64,000 nucleotides of DNA from an uncultured Chloroflexia bacterium (GTDB taxonomy: Bacteria > Chloroflexota > Limnocylindria > Limnocylindrales > CSP1-4), in contig CAVRKB010000007.1 of assembly GCA_963721545.1 (NCBI GenBank), positions 388,851 to 452,850 of the forward strand, in the 5' to 3' direction. This document shows, piece by piece, positions 11,055 through 20,928 of this stretch. Positions within the stretch are counted from its first letter, which is position 1. Every line of letters starts with the position of its first letter. Made by a program: the position numbers and the translations under genes. The notes under the pieces are model-generated. The model saw only the letters and a list, made by a program, of their open reading frames with translations, did not search any database and was not told the DNA's origin.

Positions 11055-12305
11055 ATGAGCTCCACCGACGCCCTCCGGCCGCGACGCCGGCCGACGGTCA
11101 GCGTCGACGTCGGCGGCGTGCTCGTCGGCTCGGCGCACCCGGTCGTCGTCCAGTCGATGACCAACACCGACACGGCCGACGCCGACGGCACGGCGATCCA
11201 GGTCGCCCGCCTGGCGCACGCCGGGTCGCAGCTGGTCCGGGTGACGGTCAACACGGAGGCAGCGGCCGCCGCCGTGCCCGAGATGGTCCGCAAGGTGCGG
11301 GGCCTCGGCGTCGACGTCCCGATCATCGGTGACTTCCACTACAACGGCCACAAGCTCCTGGCCGAATACCCGGAGATGGCCTCGTCGCTGGCCAAGTACC
11401 GGATCAACCCCGGGAACGTCGGCGCCAAGCGCCACGACGAGCACTTTGCGACGATCATCCAGGTCGCCATCGACAACGACGTGCCGGTCCGCATCGGCGT
11501 CAACTGGGGCTCCCTCGACCAGGCGATCCTGACCGAGCTGATGGACGCCAACGCCGTGTCGGCGGCGCCGCGCGACGCGCGCGACGTGATGATCGAGGCG
11601 ATGCTCGAGTCGGCGATGCGCTCGGCCGAGCTGGCCGAGGCGACCGGGATGCGCCACGACCGGATCATCCTCAGCGCCAAGGTCTCCGGCGTGCGCGACC
11701 TGGTCGACGTCTACCGGTTGCTGTCGGATCGGTCGGACTACCCGCTCCACCTCGGGCTGACCGAGGCCGGGATGGGCGACAAGGGGATCGTGGCCTCGAC
11801 GGCGGGGCTGGCGATCCTGCTCAACGAGGGGATCGGCGACACGATCCGGGTGTCGCTGACGCCCGAGCCGGGCGCCCCGCGCGAGCGCGAGGTCGAGATC
11901 GCCCAGCAGGTGCTCCAGTCGCTCGGGCTGCGCTCGTTCCTGCCACAGGTGTCGGCCTGCCCGGGCTGCGGCCGGACGACCTCGACGTTCTTCCAGGAGA
12001 TGGCCCAGCAGATCCAGGGCTACCTCAAGGAGCAGATGCCGGTCTGGCGCGAGACGCATCCCGGGGCGGAGGAGCTGCGCGTCGCGGTCATGGGCTGCGT
12101 CGTCAACGGCCCGGGCGAGAGCAAGCACGCCGACATCGGGATCAGCCTGCCCGGCACGTTCGAGGAGCCGGTCGCGCCGGTGTTCATCGACGGCCGCCTC
12201 GATCGCACGTTGCGTGGCGACGGGCTCGTCGCGGAGTTCATCGACATCCTCGAGGACTACGTGACGCGTCGGTTCCCAGGACCGGTCGAGCCCGTCGCCC
12301 GTTAG
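11055..12305 (+). CDS. ispG: 4-hydroxy-3-methylbut-2-enyl diphosphate synthase IspG
   Basis: 416-aa intact ORF: [18 protein letters not shown]...LVRVTV...INPGN...ACPGCGRT...[11 protein letters not shown]. Confidence 0.95.
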   Translation: MSSTDALRPRRRPTVSVDVGGVLVGSAHPVVVQSMTNTDTADADGTAIQVARLAHAGSQLVRVTVNTEAAAAAVPEMVRKVRGLGVDVPIIGDFHYNGHKLLAEYPEMASSLAKYRINPGNVGAKRHDEHFATIIQVAIDNDVPVRIGVNWGSLDQAILTELMDANAVSAAPRDARDVMIEAMLESAMRSAELAEATGMRHDRIILSAKVSGVRDLVDVYRLLSDRSDYPLHLGLTEAGMGDKGIVASTAGLAILLNEGIGDTIRVSLTPEPGAPREREVEIAQQVLQSLGLRSFLPQVSACPGCGRTTSTFFQEMAQQIQGYLKEQMPVWRETHPGAEELRVAVMGCVVNGPGESKHADIGISLPGTFEEPVAPVFIDGRLDRTLRGDGLVAEFIDILEDYVTRRFPGPVEPVAR

Positions 12306-12333
12306 CGTCCGGCGCGGCGCCTCGTCCCGGCCT

Positions 12334-12371
12334 CCGGGAGCGGGCCCCGATTGAGCCGTCCACGCTCCCGG
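12334..12371 (+). terminator. 9-bp GC hairpin (CCGGGAGCG / CGCTCCCGG) downstream of ispG
   Basis: Perfect inverted repeat 12334-12342 / 12363-12371 with a 20-nt loop, 29 nt after the ispG stop. There is no clean U-tract, so function as a terminator is uncertain. Confidence 0.3.
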
Positions 12372-12380
12372 GTGTATACT
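12372..12380 (+). promoter_or_regulatory. -10-like box GTGTATACT upstream of nusA
   Basis: TATACT at 12375-12380 in a locally AT-richer patch, the same hexamer as at 2072 and 27071. Predicted transcription start is near 12387, upstream of the terminator at 12408. Confidence 0.4.
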
Positions 12381-12407
12381 TCGAGCCAACTGAACGGCCG
12401 CTCCGTG

Positions 12408-12434
12408 ACGTGGGTGACCCCCACGTTTCTTTTT
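12408..12434 (+). terminator. Canonical intrinsic terminator inside the nusA leader (candidate attenuator)
   Basis: ACGTGGG-TGACC-CCCACGT followed by TTCTTTTTG. It lies between the promoter-like box (12372) and the nusA SD/GTG (12465/12475). Confidence 0.6.
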
Positions 12435-12474
12435 GAGCGTCGCCGACGACATTGCACAGCGAACGGAGGTCATC

Positions 12475-13943
12475 GTGAGTCGAGACTTCGTCGGTGCCCT
12501 CCTCCAGCTCAATGCCGAGAAGCAGATCTCCCGTGAGCAGCTCATCGGAGCCGTCGAGGACGGCATCCAGTCGGCCTACCGACGGGTGGCCGGTGACGAG
12601 GACATCCACGTCCGGATCGATGCCGAGACGGGCAAGATCCGCGTCTTTCGCGCGCGCCGCGTGGTCGGCGAGATCGAGGACGAGTTCACCGAGATGACGA
12701 TCGACCAGGCGCACGCCATCCAGCCCGACGCCGGGCTTGGCGACCTGGTCGAGACCGAGCAGCTCGACGGCGACGTGTTCGGCCGGATCGGCGCCCAGAC
12801 GGCCAAGCAGATCGTCCTCCAGCGCATCCGCGAGGTCGAGCGCGACCAGGTCTTCGACCAGTTCGCCAGCCGCGAGGGCGAGCTCATCACCGGCACCGTC
12901 AACCGGGTCGAGCCGCGCGCGATCATCCTCGACGTCGGCAAGAACGTCGAGGCGATCCTGGCCACCACCGAGCAGTCCGCGCTCGAGCACTACCGCATCG
13001 GCCAGAACGTGAAGGCCTTCGTGCTCGAGGTCCGTCGCTCGACGAAGGGCCCGCAGATCTTCGTCAGCCGCACCCACAAGGGCTTCCTCAAGCGCCTGTT
13101 CGAGCTCGAGGTCCCGGAGATCCACGCCGGCACCGTCGAGATCAAGGCGATCGCCCGCGAGGCCGGCAGCCGCTCGAAGGTCGCCGTCGCGTCGCGCCAG
13201 GACGGGCTCGATCCGGTCGGTGCCACCGTCGGCCAGCGCGGAGCCCGCGTGCAGGCCGTCGTGGCCGAGCTGTCGGGCGAGAAGATCGACGTCATCCCGT
13301 GGAGCGACGACGCCAGCGTGTTCGTCGCCAACGCGCTCAGCCCGGCGCAGGTCATCTCCGTCGACATCGACGAGGAGCACCGGATCGCCAGCGTGACCGT
13401 TCCCGAGCGGATGCTGTCGCTGGCGATCGGCCGCGAGGGCCAGAACGCCCGGCTCGCTGCGCGGCTGACCGGCTGGCGCATCGACATCCGGAGCGACGTG
13501 TCGGTCGCCGAGGCCCGTGCTGCGGCCGATGCCGCGACGACCGAGGAACCGGCCGCGATCGTCGCCGCCGATGCCGCCGGGGCGACGCCGACGCCGGCTG
13601 TCGCGGAGGCACCGGTCAAGGCCAAGCGCGTCACCAAGAAGGCCGCCGAGCCGCCGCCGCCGAGGCGCGCCGACGGACCGCGGGCCCCGCCGCCGACGAT
13701 GACGACGCCACGACCGCCGCGCCGGCCGATCTCGCCTCGACCAACGGCGTGACCGCCCCGAAGAAGGCGACGACCAAGAAGGCGACGACGAAGAAGGCGA
13801 CCGCGGCGGCTGCCGACGCCGCTGAGACGCCGGCCGCCGATGTGGCCTCCGCGCCGCCGCTGCCCGAGGACGCCCCGGCCGCCAAGCCGAAGCGAACCCG
13901 GAAGGCGGCCGCGGCCGTGCCGTCAGAAGAGGTGGCGTCGTAG
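12475..13943 (+). CDS. nusA: Transcription termination/antitermination factor NusA with a long Lys/Ala/Thr/Pro-rich tail (one -1 frame break near 13660)
   Basis: GTG 12475 lies 5 nt after GGAGG. S1 and two KH domains are present (GELITGTVNRVEP..., GPQIFVSRTH..., IGREGQNARLAARLTGWRIDI). After about 13660 the G/C3-consistent frame is that of ORF 13299..13943 (...TAPKKATTKKATTKKATAAAAD...KPKRTRKAAAAVPSEEVAS). Confidence 0.85.
13761..13805 (+). repeat. Three tandem 15-bp units (AAGAAGGCGACGACC-like) encoding KKATT repeats in the NusA tail
   Basis: Read directly: 13761-13775, 13776-13790 and 13791-13805 differ at 1-3 positions. Confidence 0.8.
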
Positions 13944-13945
13944 AC

Positions 13946-14260
13946 CGGGCCGCCCGGGCGGCCGCCCCTCGGCGCGTCCCCAACCGAACCTGCGTCGCGT
14001 GCCGGACCACCCGTCCGAAGCGCGAGCTCATGCGCGTCGTCCGCACGCCGGCCGGCACCATCGTCCTCGATGAGACCGGCCGAGCGGCCGGTCGCGGGGC
14101 GTACCTGTGCCGGTCCGTCGACTGCCTCGACCGAGCGATTGCCAAGGGCGCCCTCAGCCGGGCGCTGACCACCCCGCTCCCCGCCGACCTGCGAACGCAG
14201 CTGGCCGGGAGCCTGAACACCCCGAACACCATCGAAGGAGGAGCCCGTGGCCAGGAGTAG
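13946..14260 (+). CDS. YlxR/DUF448 family protein (5' end unresolved)
   Basis: The frame of ORF 14030..14260 read upstream gives ...RVPNRTCVACRTTRPKRELMRVVRTPAG...GRGAYLC, the YlxR signature. No ATG, GTG or TTG occurs in this frame between stop 13823-13825 and 14030, so the start is non-canonical or lost to another indel. Confidence 0.7.
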   Translation, partial: RAARAAAPRRVPNRTCVACRTTRPKRELMRVVRTPAGTIVLDETGRAAGRGAYLCRSVDCLDRAIAKGALSRALTTPLPADLRTQLAGSLNTPNTIEGGARGQE

Positions 14261-16151
14261 GAGCGGCACCCGCGGCCGGCGCGGACCGCGCAAGCCGCCG
14301 CGTCGAGACGGCGGGTTCAACGGGACGGGCGTCCAGACGCTCGATCCGCGCGAGCGTGGCGCCATCGAGCTGCCGGGCACGATCACGGTCAAGGAGCTCG
14401 CCGAGCTCCTCGGCGTCAACCCGGCCGACATCATCCGCGAGCTGATCAAGAGCGGCATCTTCGCCACGATCAACCAGCTCATCGACCGCGACACCGCGTC
14501 GCTGGTCGCCGGCGAGCTCGGCTACGAGGTGGCCGAGACCGAGGCCGCCGGACGCCGGCGTCGACGCCGACGGCGACGGCGCCGGTGGCCGAGGCGACCA
14601 AGGAAGTGCTGTACGAGGAGGACGACGCGTCGCTCCTCCAGCCGCGCGCGCCGATCGTGACCGTCATGGGCCACGTCGACCACGGCAAGACCAGCCTGCT
14701 CGACGCGATCCGGACGACCGAGGTCGCGGCCGGCGAGCGGGGCGGGATCACCCAGCACATCGGCGCCAGCGAGGTCACCCACGACGGCAAGCGCGTCGTG
14801 TTCCTCGACACGCCGGGCCACGAGGCGTTCACCGCGATGCGTGCCCGCGGCGCGAAGGTGACCGACATCGCGGTCGTGGTCGTCGCGGCCGATGACGGGG
14901 TCATGCCCCAGACGCTCGAGGCGATCAGCCACGCCAAGGCGGCCAAGGTGCCGATCATCATCGCGCTCAACAAGATCGACAAGCCGGACGTCGAACCCCG
15001 ATCGGGTCAAGACCGAGCTGACCGAGGCCGGGATCGTGGTCGAGGAGTACGGCGGCGACGTGCCGCTCGTGCCGGTCTCGGCCAAGACCCGCATCGGGCT
15101 CGACGAGCTGATCGAGATGATCCTGCTCGTGGCCGACCTCCAGGAGCTCAAGGCCAACCCGAAGCGCGACGCCATCGGCACGATCGTCGAGGCCAAGCTC
15201 GACAAGGGCCGCGGCCCGGTCGCCACGGCGCTCGTCCAGACCGGCACGCTCAAGGTCGGCGACATCATCGTCGTCGGCGAGACGTTCGGGCGCGTCCGCG
15301 CGCTCGAGAACGACATGGGCAAGCGGGTCACCAAGGCCGGGCCGTCGAGCGCCGTCGTCATCCTCGGCCTGTCCGAGGTGCCGGAGGCCGGCGACATCCT
15401 GCGCGTCGTCGACGACGAGAAGGCCGCGCGCACGATGGTCGAGAGCCGCAAGGCGGCGGCCGCCGCGAAGACGGGCGAGGGCAGCGGTCGCGCGACGCTC
15501 GAGGACCTCTACAGCCAGATCCAGGCCGGCCAGGCCAAGGAGCTGCGGATCATCCTCAAGGCGGACGTGTCCGGCTCGCTCGGGGCGATCACCCACGCGC
15601 TCGAGCAGCTCGACCAGGACGAGATCCGGCTCAACGTCCTGCTCGAGGGCGCCGGCGACATCACCGACAACGACATCATGCTGGCGGCTGCGTCGAACGC
15701 GATCGTCGTCGGCTTCAACACCAAGATCACCGACACCGCCCGCCGGGCGGCCGAGGCCGAGGGCGTCGACGTCCGCCTGTACGACATCATCTACAAGCTG
15801 ACCGACGACGTCGAAGCCGCGCTCAAGGGCCTGCTCGAGCCCGAGATCGTCGAGGTCGTCGAGGGTCGCGCCGAGGTCCGCCAGGTCTTCCGTGTCGGCA
15901 AGAGCACGGTCATCGCCGGATCGTTCGTGACCGACGGCCGGATCGTCCGCGGCAACGCCCGGGTGTGGCGCGGCGGCAAGATCATCGCCACCGACCGGAT
16001 CGAATCGCTGCGCCGCTTCCGCGACGACGTCCGCGAGGTCCAGCAGAACTACGAGTGCGGCATCGGCCTCGCCAACTTCCATGACCTCGAGGAGGGCGAC
16101 ATCATCGAGTGCTTCACCTCGCAAACGGTGTCCCGCGTCGCCGCGGGCTGA
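14247..16151 (+). CDS. infB: Translation initiation factor IF-2, short form (frame breaks near 14550 and 14992)
   Basis: Three pieces. 14247.. gives [27 protein letters not shown]. 14585.. gives [19 protein letters not shown]...DTPGHEAF...ALNKIDKPD. 14892..16151 gives [11 protein letters not shown]...[17 protein letters not shown]...ADVSGSLGA.... Confidence 0.9.
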
Positions 16152-16298
16152 TCACGCGTCGGCGACGCATGGACGCCCGAAGCGTGCGTCCGTCCGGTCC
16201 GCGCCGTCGCTCACGCACCTCGGGGTGCGCTCGCTCACGTGCTCCGGACGCGCCTTCGCCTGAACGCCCCTGCGGGCGGCACGGCGGCATCCCGTCGC

Positions 16299-16835
16299 AT
16301 GAGCCAGCGAACAGAGCGAGTCGACGAACTCCTGCGGCAGGAGATCGGCGCGATCCTGGCCAGGGAGGTCGCGGATCCGCGGATCGGCTTTGCCACGATC
16401 ACGTCGGTCGAGACCACGCAGGACCTGCGCCACGCCAAGGTGTGGGTCAGCGTGATCGGCCAGGCGGCCGAGCGCGACGCGGCGATCGCGGCGCTGCGCC
16501 ACGCGATGCCGTTCGTCCGCCACGAGCTGGGCCGGCGGCTCCGGATCCGGCGGATCCCGGACCTGCACGTCCACCTGGACGACACGGCCGAGCGCGGTAC
16601 GCGGATCCTCCAGCTGCTCGCCGAGCTCGAAACCGGGAGCGTGTCGGATCCGGACGCCCCGATCGCCGAATCGCTGCCCACGCCGGTGCCACGCCTCGGC
16701 CAGCCCGACGACCTGCCCGAGGAGCCGCCGTCGGCGGTCCGGCCGCCGGTCCCACCGCGGCCCCGGGCTCGACGCTCGTCCGCCCGCCCGACCTCGCCGC
16801 GCAAGCCGGCCCGCTCGCGCAAGGGTCCCCCGTGA
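16299..16835 (+). CDS. rbfA: Ribosome-binding factor A, with a Pro/Arg-rich C-terminal extension
   Basis: ATG 16299: MSQRTERVDELLRQEIGAILAREVADPRIGFATITSVETTQDLRHAKVWVSV...IRRIPDLHVHLD. Confidence 0.9.
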   Translation: MSQRTERVDELLRQEIGAILAREVADPRIGFATITSVETTQDLRHAKVWVSVIGQAAERDAAIAALRHAMPFVRHELGRRLRIRRIPDLHVHLDDTAERGTRILQLLAELETGSVSDPDAPIAESLPTPVPRLGQPDDLPEEPPSAVRPPVPPRPRARRSSARPTSPRKPARSRKGPP

Positions 16836-17851
16836 CCGTCGCGCTCGACAGCTACGTCGACGCCGTCCCGCAGGCCGTCGTCGACCGGTTGCGCGGCGCC
16901 CGGCGCGTGCTGGCGGTCGGCCACGAGAACCCGGACGCGGACACGCTCGGGGCGACGCTCGGGGTCGTCCGCCTCGTCGAGGCCCTCGGCGGCACGGCCG
17001 ATCCGGTGTGCACGGACCCGGTGCCCGACCTGTACGCGTTCATGGACGGCATGGACCGCTTCAAGACCGATCCGGACCCGGCCGCTCCGTACGACCTCGT
17101 GGTCATCTCCGATTGCGGCTCGCTCGAGCGGATCGGGGAGGTCGGCGTCCGCCATGCCGAGCTGTTCGAGCGGCTGCCGCGGGTCGTCATCGACCACCAC
17201 GCCTCGAACGACTCGGACGGGGCGGCCGACTGGATCGACCCGGATGCGGCCGCGACGTGCGAGATGGTGACGGTCCTCGCGGCGCGGCTCGGGGTCCCGC
17301 TCGATGCCGACGACGGCGCCCTCGCGGAAGGCCTGATGGCCGGCATCGTGATGGACACCGCCACCTTCGCCCATCCGAACGCGACGCCGCGCACGCTGGT
17401 CGTGTCGGCCGCGCTGGTCGAGGCCGGCGCGCCGCTGGCCGACATCTCGCGCCGCCTCTACCGCGTCAAGCCGGACGTCCAGCTGCGCCTGTTCGGGATC
17501 GTCCTCGAGCGGCTCCAGTCATCGGACGACGGGCGGATCGCCTGGTCGAGCGTGACCGACGCGGACTTCACCAGCACGGGCGCCGACCGGGCCCACTCGG
17601 AGGGGATCATCGACCTCCTGTCGCAGGCCGAGCGGGCCGAGGTGACCATCGTGTTCAAGGAAGCCGGCCCGGCCACCCGCGTGTCGGTGCGGACGCGGCC
17701 CGGCGGCGTCGACGCCACCGTGCTGACGGGAACGTTCGGGGGCGGGGGCCACGCCCGGGCGGCCGGCGCGACCGTGGACGCGCCGCTGGCCGAGGCCCGG
17801 CCGCGGGTCATCGCCGAGGCTGCCCGGCTCGTCGCCCAGCTGGCCCGCTGA
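16832..17851 (+). CDS. nrnA: DHH/DHHA1 phosphoesterase NrnA (oligoribonuclease / pAp phosphatase type)
   Basis: GTG 16832 (GTGA overlap with rbfA): VGHENPDADTLG, VVISDCG, VIDHH, GIVMDTATF, GGGGHARAAG. Confidence 0.85.
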   Translation: MTVALDSYVDAVPQAVVDRLRGARRVLAVGHENPDADTLGATLGVVRLVEALGGTADPVCTDPVPDLYAFMDGMDRFKTDPDPAAPYDLVVISDCGSLERIGEVGVRHAELFERLPRVVIDHHASNDSDGAADWIDPDAAATCEMVTVLAARLGVPLDADDGALAEGLMAGIVMDTATFAHPNATPRTLVVSAALVEAGAPLADISRRLYRVKPDVQLRLFGIVLERLQSSDDGRIAWSSVTDADFTSTGADRAHSEGIIDLLSQAERAEVTIVFKEAGPATRVSVRTRPGGVDATVLTGTFGGGGHARAAGATVDAPLAEARPRVIAEAARLVAQLAR

Positions 17852-17853
17852 CC

Positions 17854-18843
17854 ATGGCCCGCTCGTCGCTCGGGCCGGGCCTCGACGGCATCCTCGTCGT
17901 CGCCAAGGCCCCCGGTCCGACCTCGCACGACATCGTCGCGCTCGTCCGCCGGCTGGCCGCCACGAAGCGGGTCGGCCACGGCGGCACGCTCGATCCGTTC
18001 GCCGCGGGCGTGCTCCCGATCTTCCTCGGCCACGCGACGCGGATCGTCGAGTACCACCTCGGCGATCGGAAGGCCTACCGCGCGACGGTCTGCTTCGGCG
18101 CGTCGTCCTCGACCGACGACCTCGAGGGCGAGCTGACGCCGTCGGACGGGCCGCCGACCACGCGCGAGGCGGTCGATGCGGCACTCCCCGGGCTGACCGG
18201 CACGATCTCGCAGCGACCGCCGGCCTACAGCGCGATCAAGGTCGCCGGCCGGCGCGCCTACGCCATGGCACGTGCCGGAGAGTCGGTCGAGCTGGCCGCC
18301 CGCCAGGTCACGATCCACGCCATCGACATCGTGTCGTGGGACGACAGCGACCCGCTGCGCCCGATCGCCGTGCTCGACGTCGACTGCTCGGCCGGGACCT
18401 ACGTGCGGGCGATCGCGCGGGACCTTGGCGCAATGGTCGGTGGCGCAGCCTATCTCGGGTCACTGACGCGCACGGCGTCCGGTCCGTTCACGCTCGACCT
18501 CGCCAGCTCGCTCGACGACATCCGGGCTGCGGCCGCCGACGAGCCGAACGGCCTGCTGCCGCTGCTCCTGCCGCTCGACACCGGCCTCGACGCCTTCCCC
18601 GAGGTCCAGCTCACCGCCGACGAGGTCACCGCCATCGCCCGCGGCCAGTTCGTCCGACCGGCGGGCGGCCTGCCGGCCCGGGCCGATCGATACCGGCTGC
18701 GCGATCCCTCGGGCACGCTCGTGGCAATCGCCACGGCCTCCAGCGGCCGGCTCGCCCCCGACAAGGTGTTCGTTTCCCCGGCCCACGGCCGGCGTCCCGG
18801 TCGCCTGACCGCCGCGCATGCACGTCGTCCAGGGGGTCGATGA
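17854..18843 (+). CDS. truB: tRNA pseudouridine(55) synthase TruB
   Basis: ATG 17854: GILVVAKAPGPTSHDIV...KRVGHGGTLDPFAAGVLPIFLG...YSAIKVAGRRAY...CSAGTYVRAIARDLG. Confidence 0.95.
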   Translation: MARSSLGPGLDGILVVAKAPGPTSHDIVALVRRLAATKRVGHGGTLDPFAAGVLPIFLGHATRIVEYHLGDRKAYRATVCFGASSSTDDLEGELTPSDGPPTTREAVDAALPGLTGTISQRPPAYSAIKVAGRRAYAMARAGESVELAARQVTIHAIDIVSWDDSDPLRPIAVLDVDCSAGTYVRAIARDLGAMVGGAAYLGSLTRTASGPFTLDLASSLDDIRAAAADEPNGLLPLLLPLDTGLDAFPEVQLTADEVTAIARGQFVRPAGGLPARADRYRLRDPSGTLVAIATASSGRLAPDKVFVSPAHGRRPGRLTAAHARRPGGR

Positions 18844-19576
18844 GCTCCGGCCCGCGCTCGGTCCCGTCTTCGTCGTCATCGGCGTCTTCGACGGGATGCA
18901 TCTCGGGCATGCCTATCTGCTCGAACGCCTCGTGAGCGAAGCGGCAACCCGTGCTTCCCGGCCGACCGTCATCACGTTCGATGCCCATCCGGACCAGGTC
19001 CTGATGGGGACGGCGCCGCCGCTCCTGCTCGACGCCGGCGAGCGACTGGAGCGGCTCGAGGCGGCCGGCGTGGCGGTCACCGTCGTCCAGCCGTTCGACG
19101 AAGCCCTCCGGCAGACGCCGTACGACGTGTTCGTCGAGCGGATCCGCGCCCGCGTCCCGCTCAGCGGGTTCCTGATGACCCCCGACGCGGCCTTCGGCTT
19201 CGAGCGCCGCGGCACGCCGGCGACGCTGGGGGACCTGGGCGCACGTGATGGCTTCGACGTCGTGGTCATCCCGCCGTTCACCCTCGATGGCGAAGAGGTC
19301 CGCAGCTCGGCCATCCGCGAGGCGATCGTCGGAGGCGACCTCGCGACGGCGGCGCGGCTGCTTGGCCGGCCCGTGACGATCACGGGATCCATCGGCGGCG
19401 CGGTCGACGGCCGCACGCGACTCGACTTCAGGCTGCCCGTCGCCCTGCCGCCCGATGGCGACTACGCGGCGACCGTGGATGGGGCTCCACTCACCCTCAG
19501 GCTCGTCAGCGGCGATGCCTACCTGCTCGGAGAGGCGTCCAACGGGCGCGTGACGGTCGTTCTCGGCGGGGCGTGA
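18818..19576 (+). CDS. ribF: FMN adenylyltransferase (RibF) with a shortened, degenerate riboflavin-kinase domain
   Basis: 252 aa. N-terminal nucleotidyltransferase motifs are present (VVIGVFDGMHLGHAYLL, ITFDAHP, SSAIREAI). Only ~66 residues follow the LLGRP junction, and the PTAN-type kinase motif is absent. Confidence 0.8.
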   Translation: MHVVQGVDELRPALGPVFVVIGVFDGMHLGHAYLLERLVSEAATRASRPTVITFDAHPDQVLMGTAPPLLLDAGERLERLEAAGVAVTVVQPFDEALRQTPYDVFVERIRARVPLSGFLMTPDAAFGFERRGTPATLGDLGARDGFDVVVIPPFTLDGEEVRSSAIREAIVGGDLATAARLLGRPVTITGSIGGAVDGRTRLDFRLPVALPPDGDYAATVDGAPLTLRLVSGDAYLLGEASNGRVTVVLGGA

Positions 19577-19596
19577 GACTCGGGCCTCGTCGGCCG

Positions 19597-19823
19597 TCAG
19601 CCGCCGCCGAGGATCTCCGGCGCGGCGTCGGGGTTCCTGGTCGTGCCCTTGCCCTGGTCGACCTTGTCGCCGGCCTCCCAGGCCGGCTCGCCGGTCGCGT
19701 GGTGGCGCTTGCGGCCGGCCTCGCGACGGTCGTGTCTCGACGGACGCGTCTCCACGGGCGCCTTCGATGCGTCCGGTTCGGGCTGCCCGACGAACCAGTC
19801 CTTGACCCTCGACACGATCGACA

Positions 19824-19824
<1 letters not shown>
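19597..19824 (-). CDS. Small hydrophilic hypothetical protein (75 aa)
   Basis: Strong G/C third-position bias across the ORF. The start shares one base with the stop of the upstream adenosyltransferase gene (TGATG), which suggests translational coupling. No recognisable family. Confidence 0.55.
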
Positions 19825-20387
<563 letters not shown>

Positions 20388-20474
20388 GGTGCCATTGTGC
20401 GGGATCGGCCCGCTGGCAGGTCGCTGGCCGCGGCCGGCCCCGTCACGCTCGCGAATCGCTCCGATTCCCACTTC

Positions 20475-20484
20475 GTGCTACCAT
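20475..20484 (+). promoter_or_regulatory. Extended -10-like box GTGCTACCAT upstream of rpsO
   Basis: Same GTGCTAnnnT class as 2068, 3878 and 23612. It sits 54 nt upstream of the rpsO GTG. Confidence 0.4.
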
Positions 20485-20537
20485 CCGCCGGTCATAGATG
20501 GAAGACATCACGTCACACGTCGTGTTCGGAGGAACGA

Positions 20538-20807
20538 GTGCCGCTCGCGCGGGAAGAGAAGCAGGAGATCATCACCGGGTTTGCCACCAAGGAAGGTGAC
20601 ACCGGTTCCCCGGAAGTCCAGGTCGCGCTCCTGACGGAGCGGATCAAGGAGCTGACCGGGCATCTCAAGAGCTTTCCCAAGGACAATCATTCGCGCCGCG
20701 GCCTCCTCAAGCTCGTCGGCCAGCGCCGCCGCCTTCTCGCCTACCTGATGAAGAAGGACAGCGCGCGCTATCGAGTCGTCATCGGACGGCTCGGACTCCG
20801 CCGCTAG
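20538..20807 (+). CDS. rpsO: 30S ribosomal protein S15
   Basis: GTG 20538 follows GGAGGA at 20527: [69 protein letters not shown]. Confidence 0.95.
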   Translation: MPLAREEKQEIITGFATKEGDTGSPEVQVALLTERIKELTGHLKSFPKDNHSRRGLLKLVGQRRRLLAYLMKKDSARYRVVIGRLGLRR

Positions 20808-20821
20808 GCGCCACCGCATCC

Positions 20822-20845
20822 GGGCCCCGGCACAGACCGGGGTCC
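20822..20845 (+). promoter_or_regulatory. 9-bp hairpin in the rpsO-pnp intergenic region (rpsO terminator or pnp leader structure)
   Basis: GGGCCCCGG-CACAGA-CCGGGGTCC (one G-U pair), followed by a repeat of CGCATCCGG. By analogy, a processed hairpin in this spacer controls pnp expression in E. coli. No U-tract. Confidence 0.35.
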
Positions 20846-20928
20846 TGTCGCATCCGGCGCCCGGGGCCAGAGTGGCCGACCTGCCGCAGGTCGTCACCTT
20901 CCTCCACGACCAAGGAGGAACGATTCCC

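Noticed and set aside
12351-12536. 61-aa ORF across the ispG-nusA spacer, considered as a possible rimP remnant or leader peptide.
   Set aside because: It has poor codon bias. It runs straight through the terminator hairpin and the nusA SD and start, and it shows no RimP-like sequence.
13761-13805. Tandem and spaced direct repeats (also 37674..37733 and the TP-rich tract near 54060-54120) considered as a possible CRISPR or minisatellite array.
   Set aside because: The units are 15-33 bp with no unique spacers. They lie in frame inside coding regions and encode low-complexity peptide repeats (KKATT, AEPETAEPE, TPTP).
14550-14585. A run of eleven Arg codons ([11 protein letters not shown]) in the first infB fragment, which looks like a striking poly-Arg tract.
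   Set aside because: It appears only after the frame break near 14550. The phase-consistent frame reads [25 protein letters not shown]..., which continues into the IF-2 G domain.
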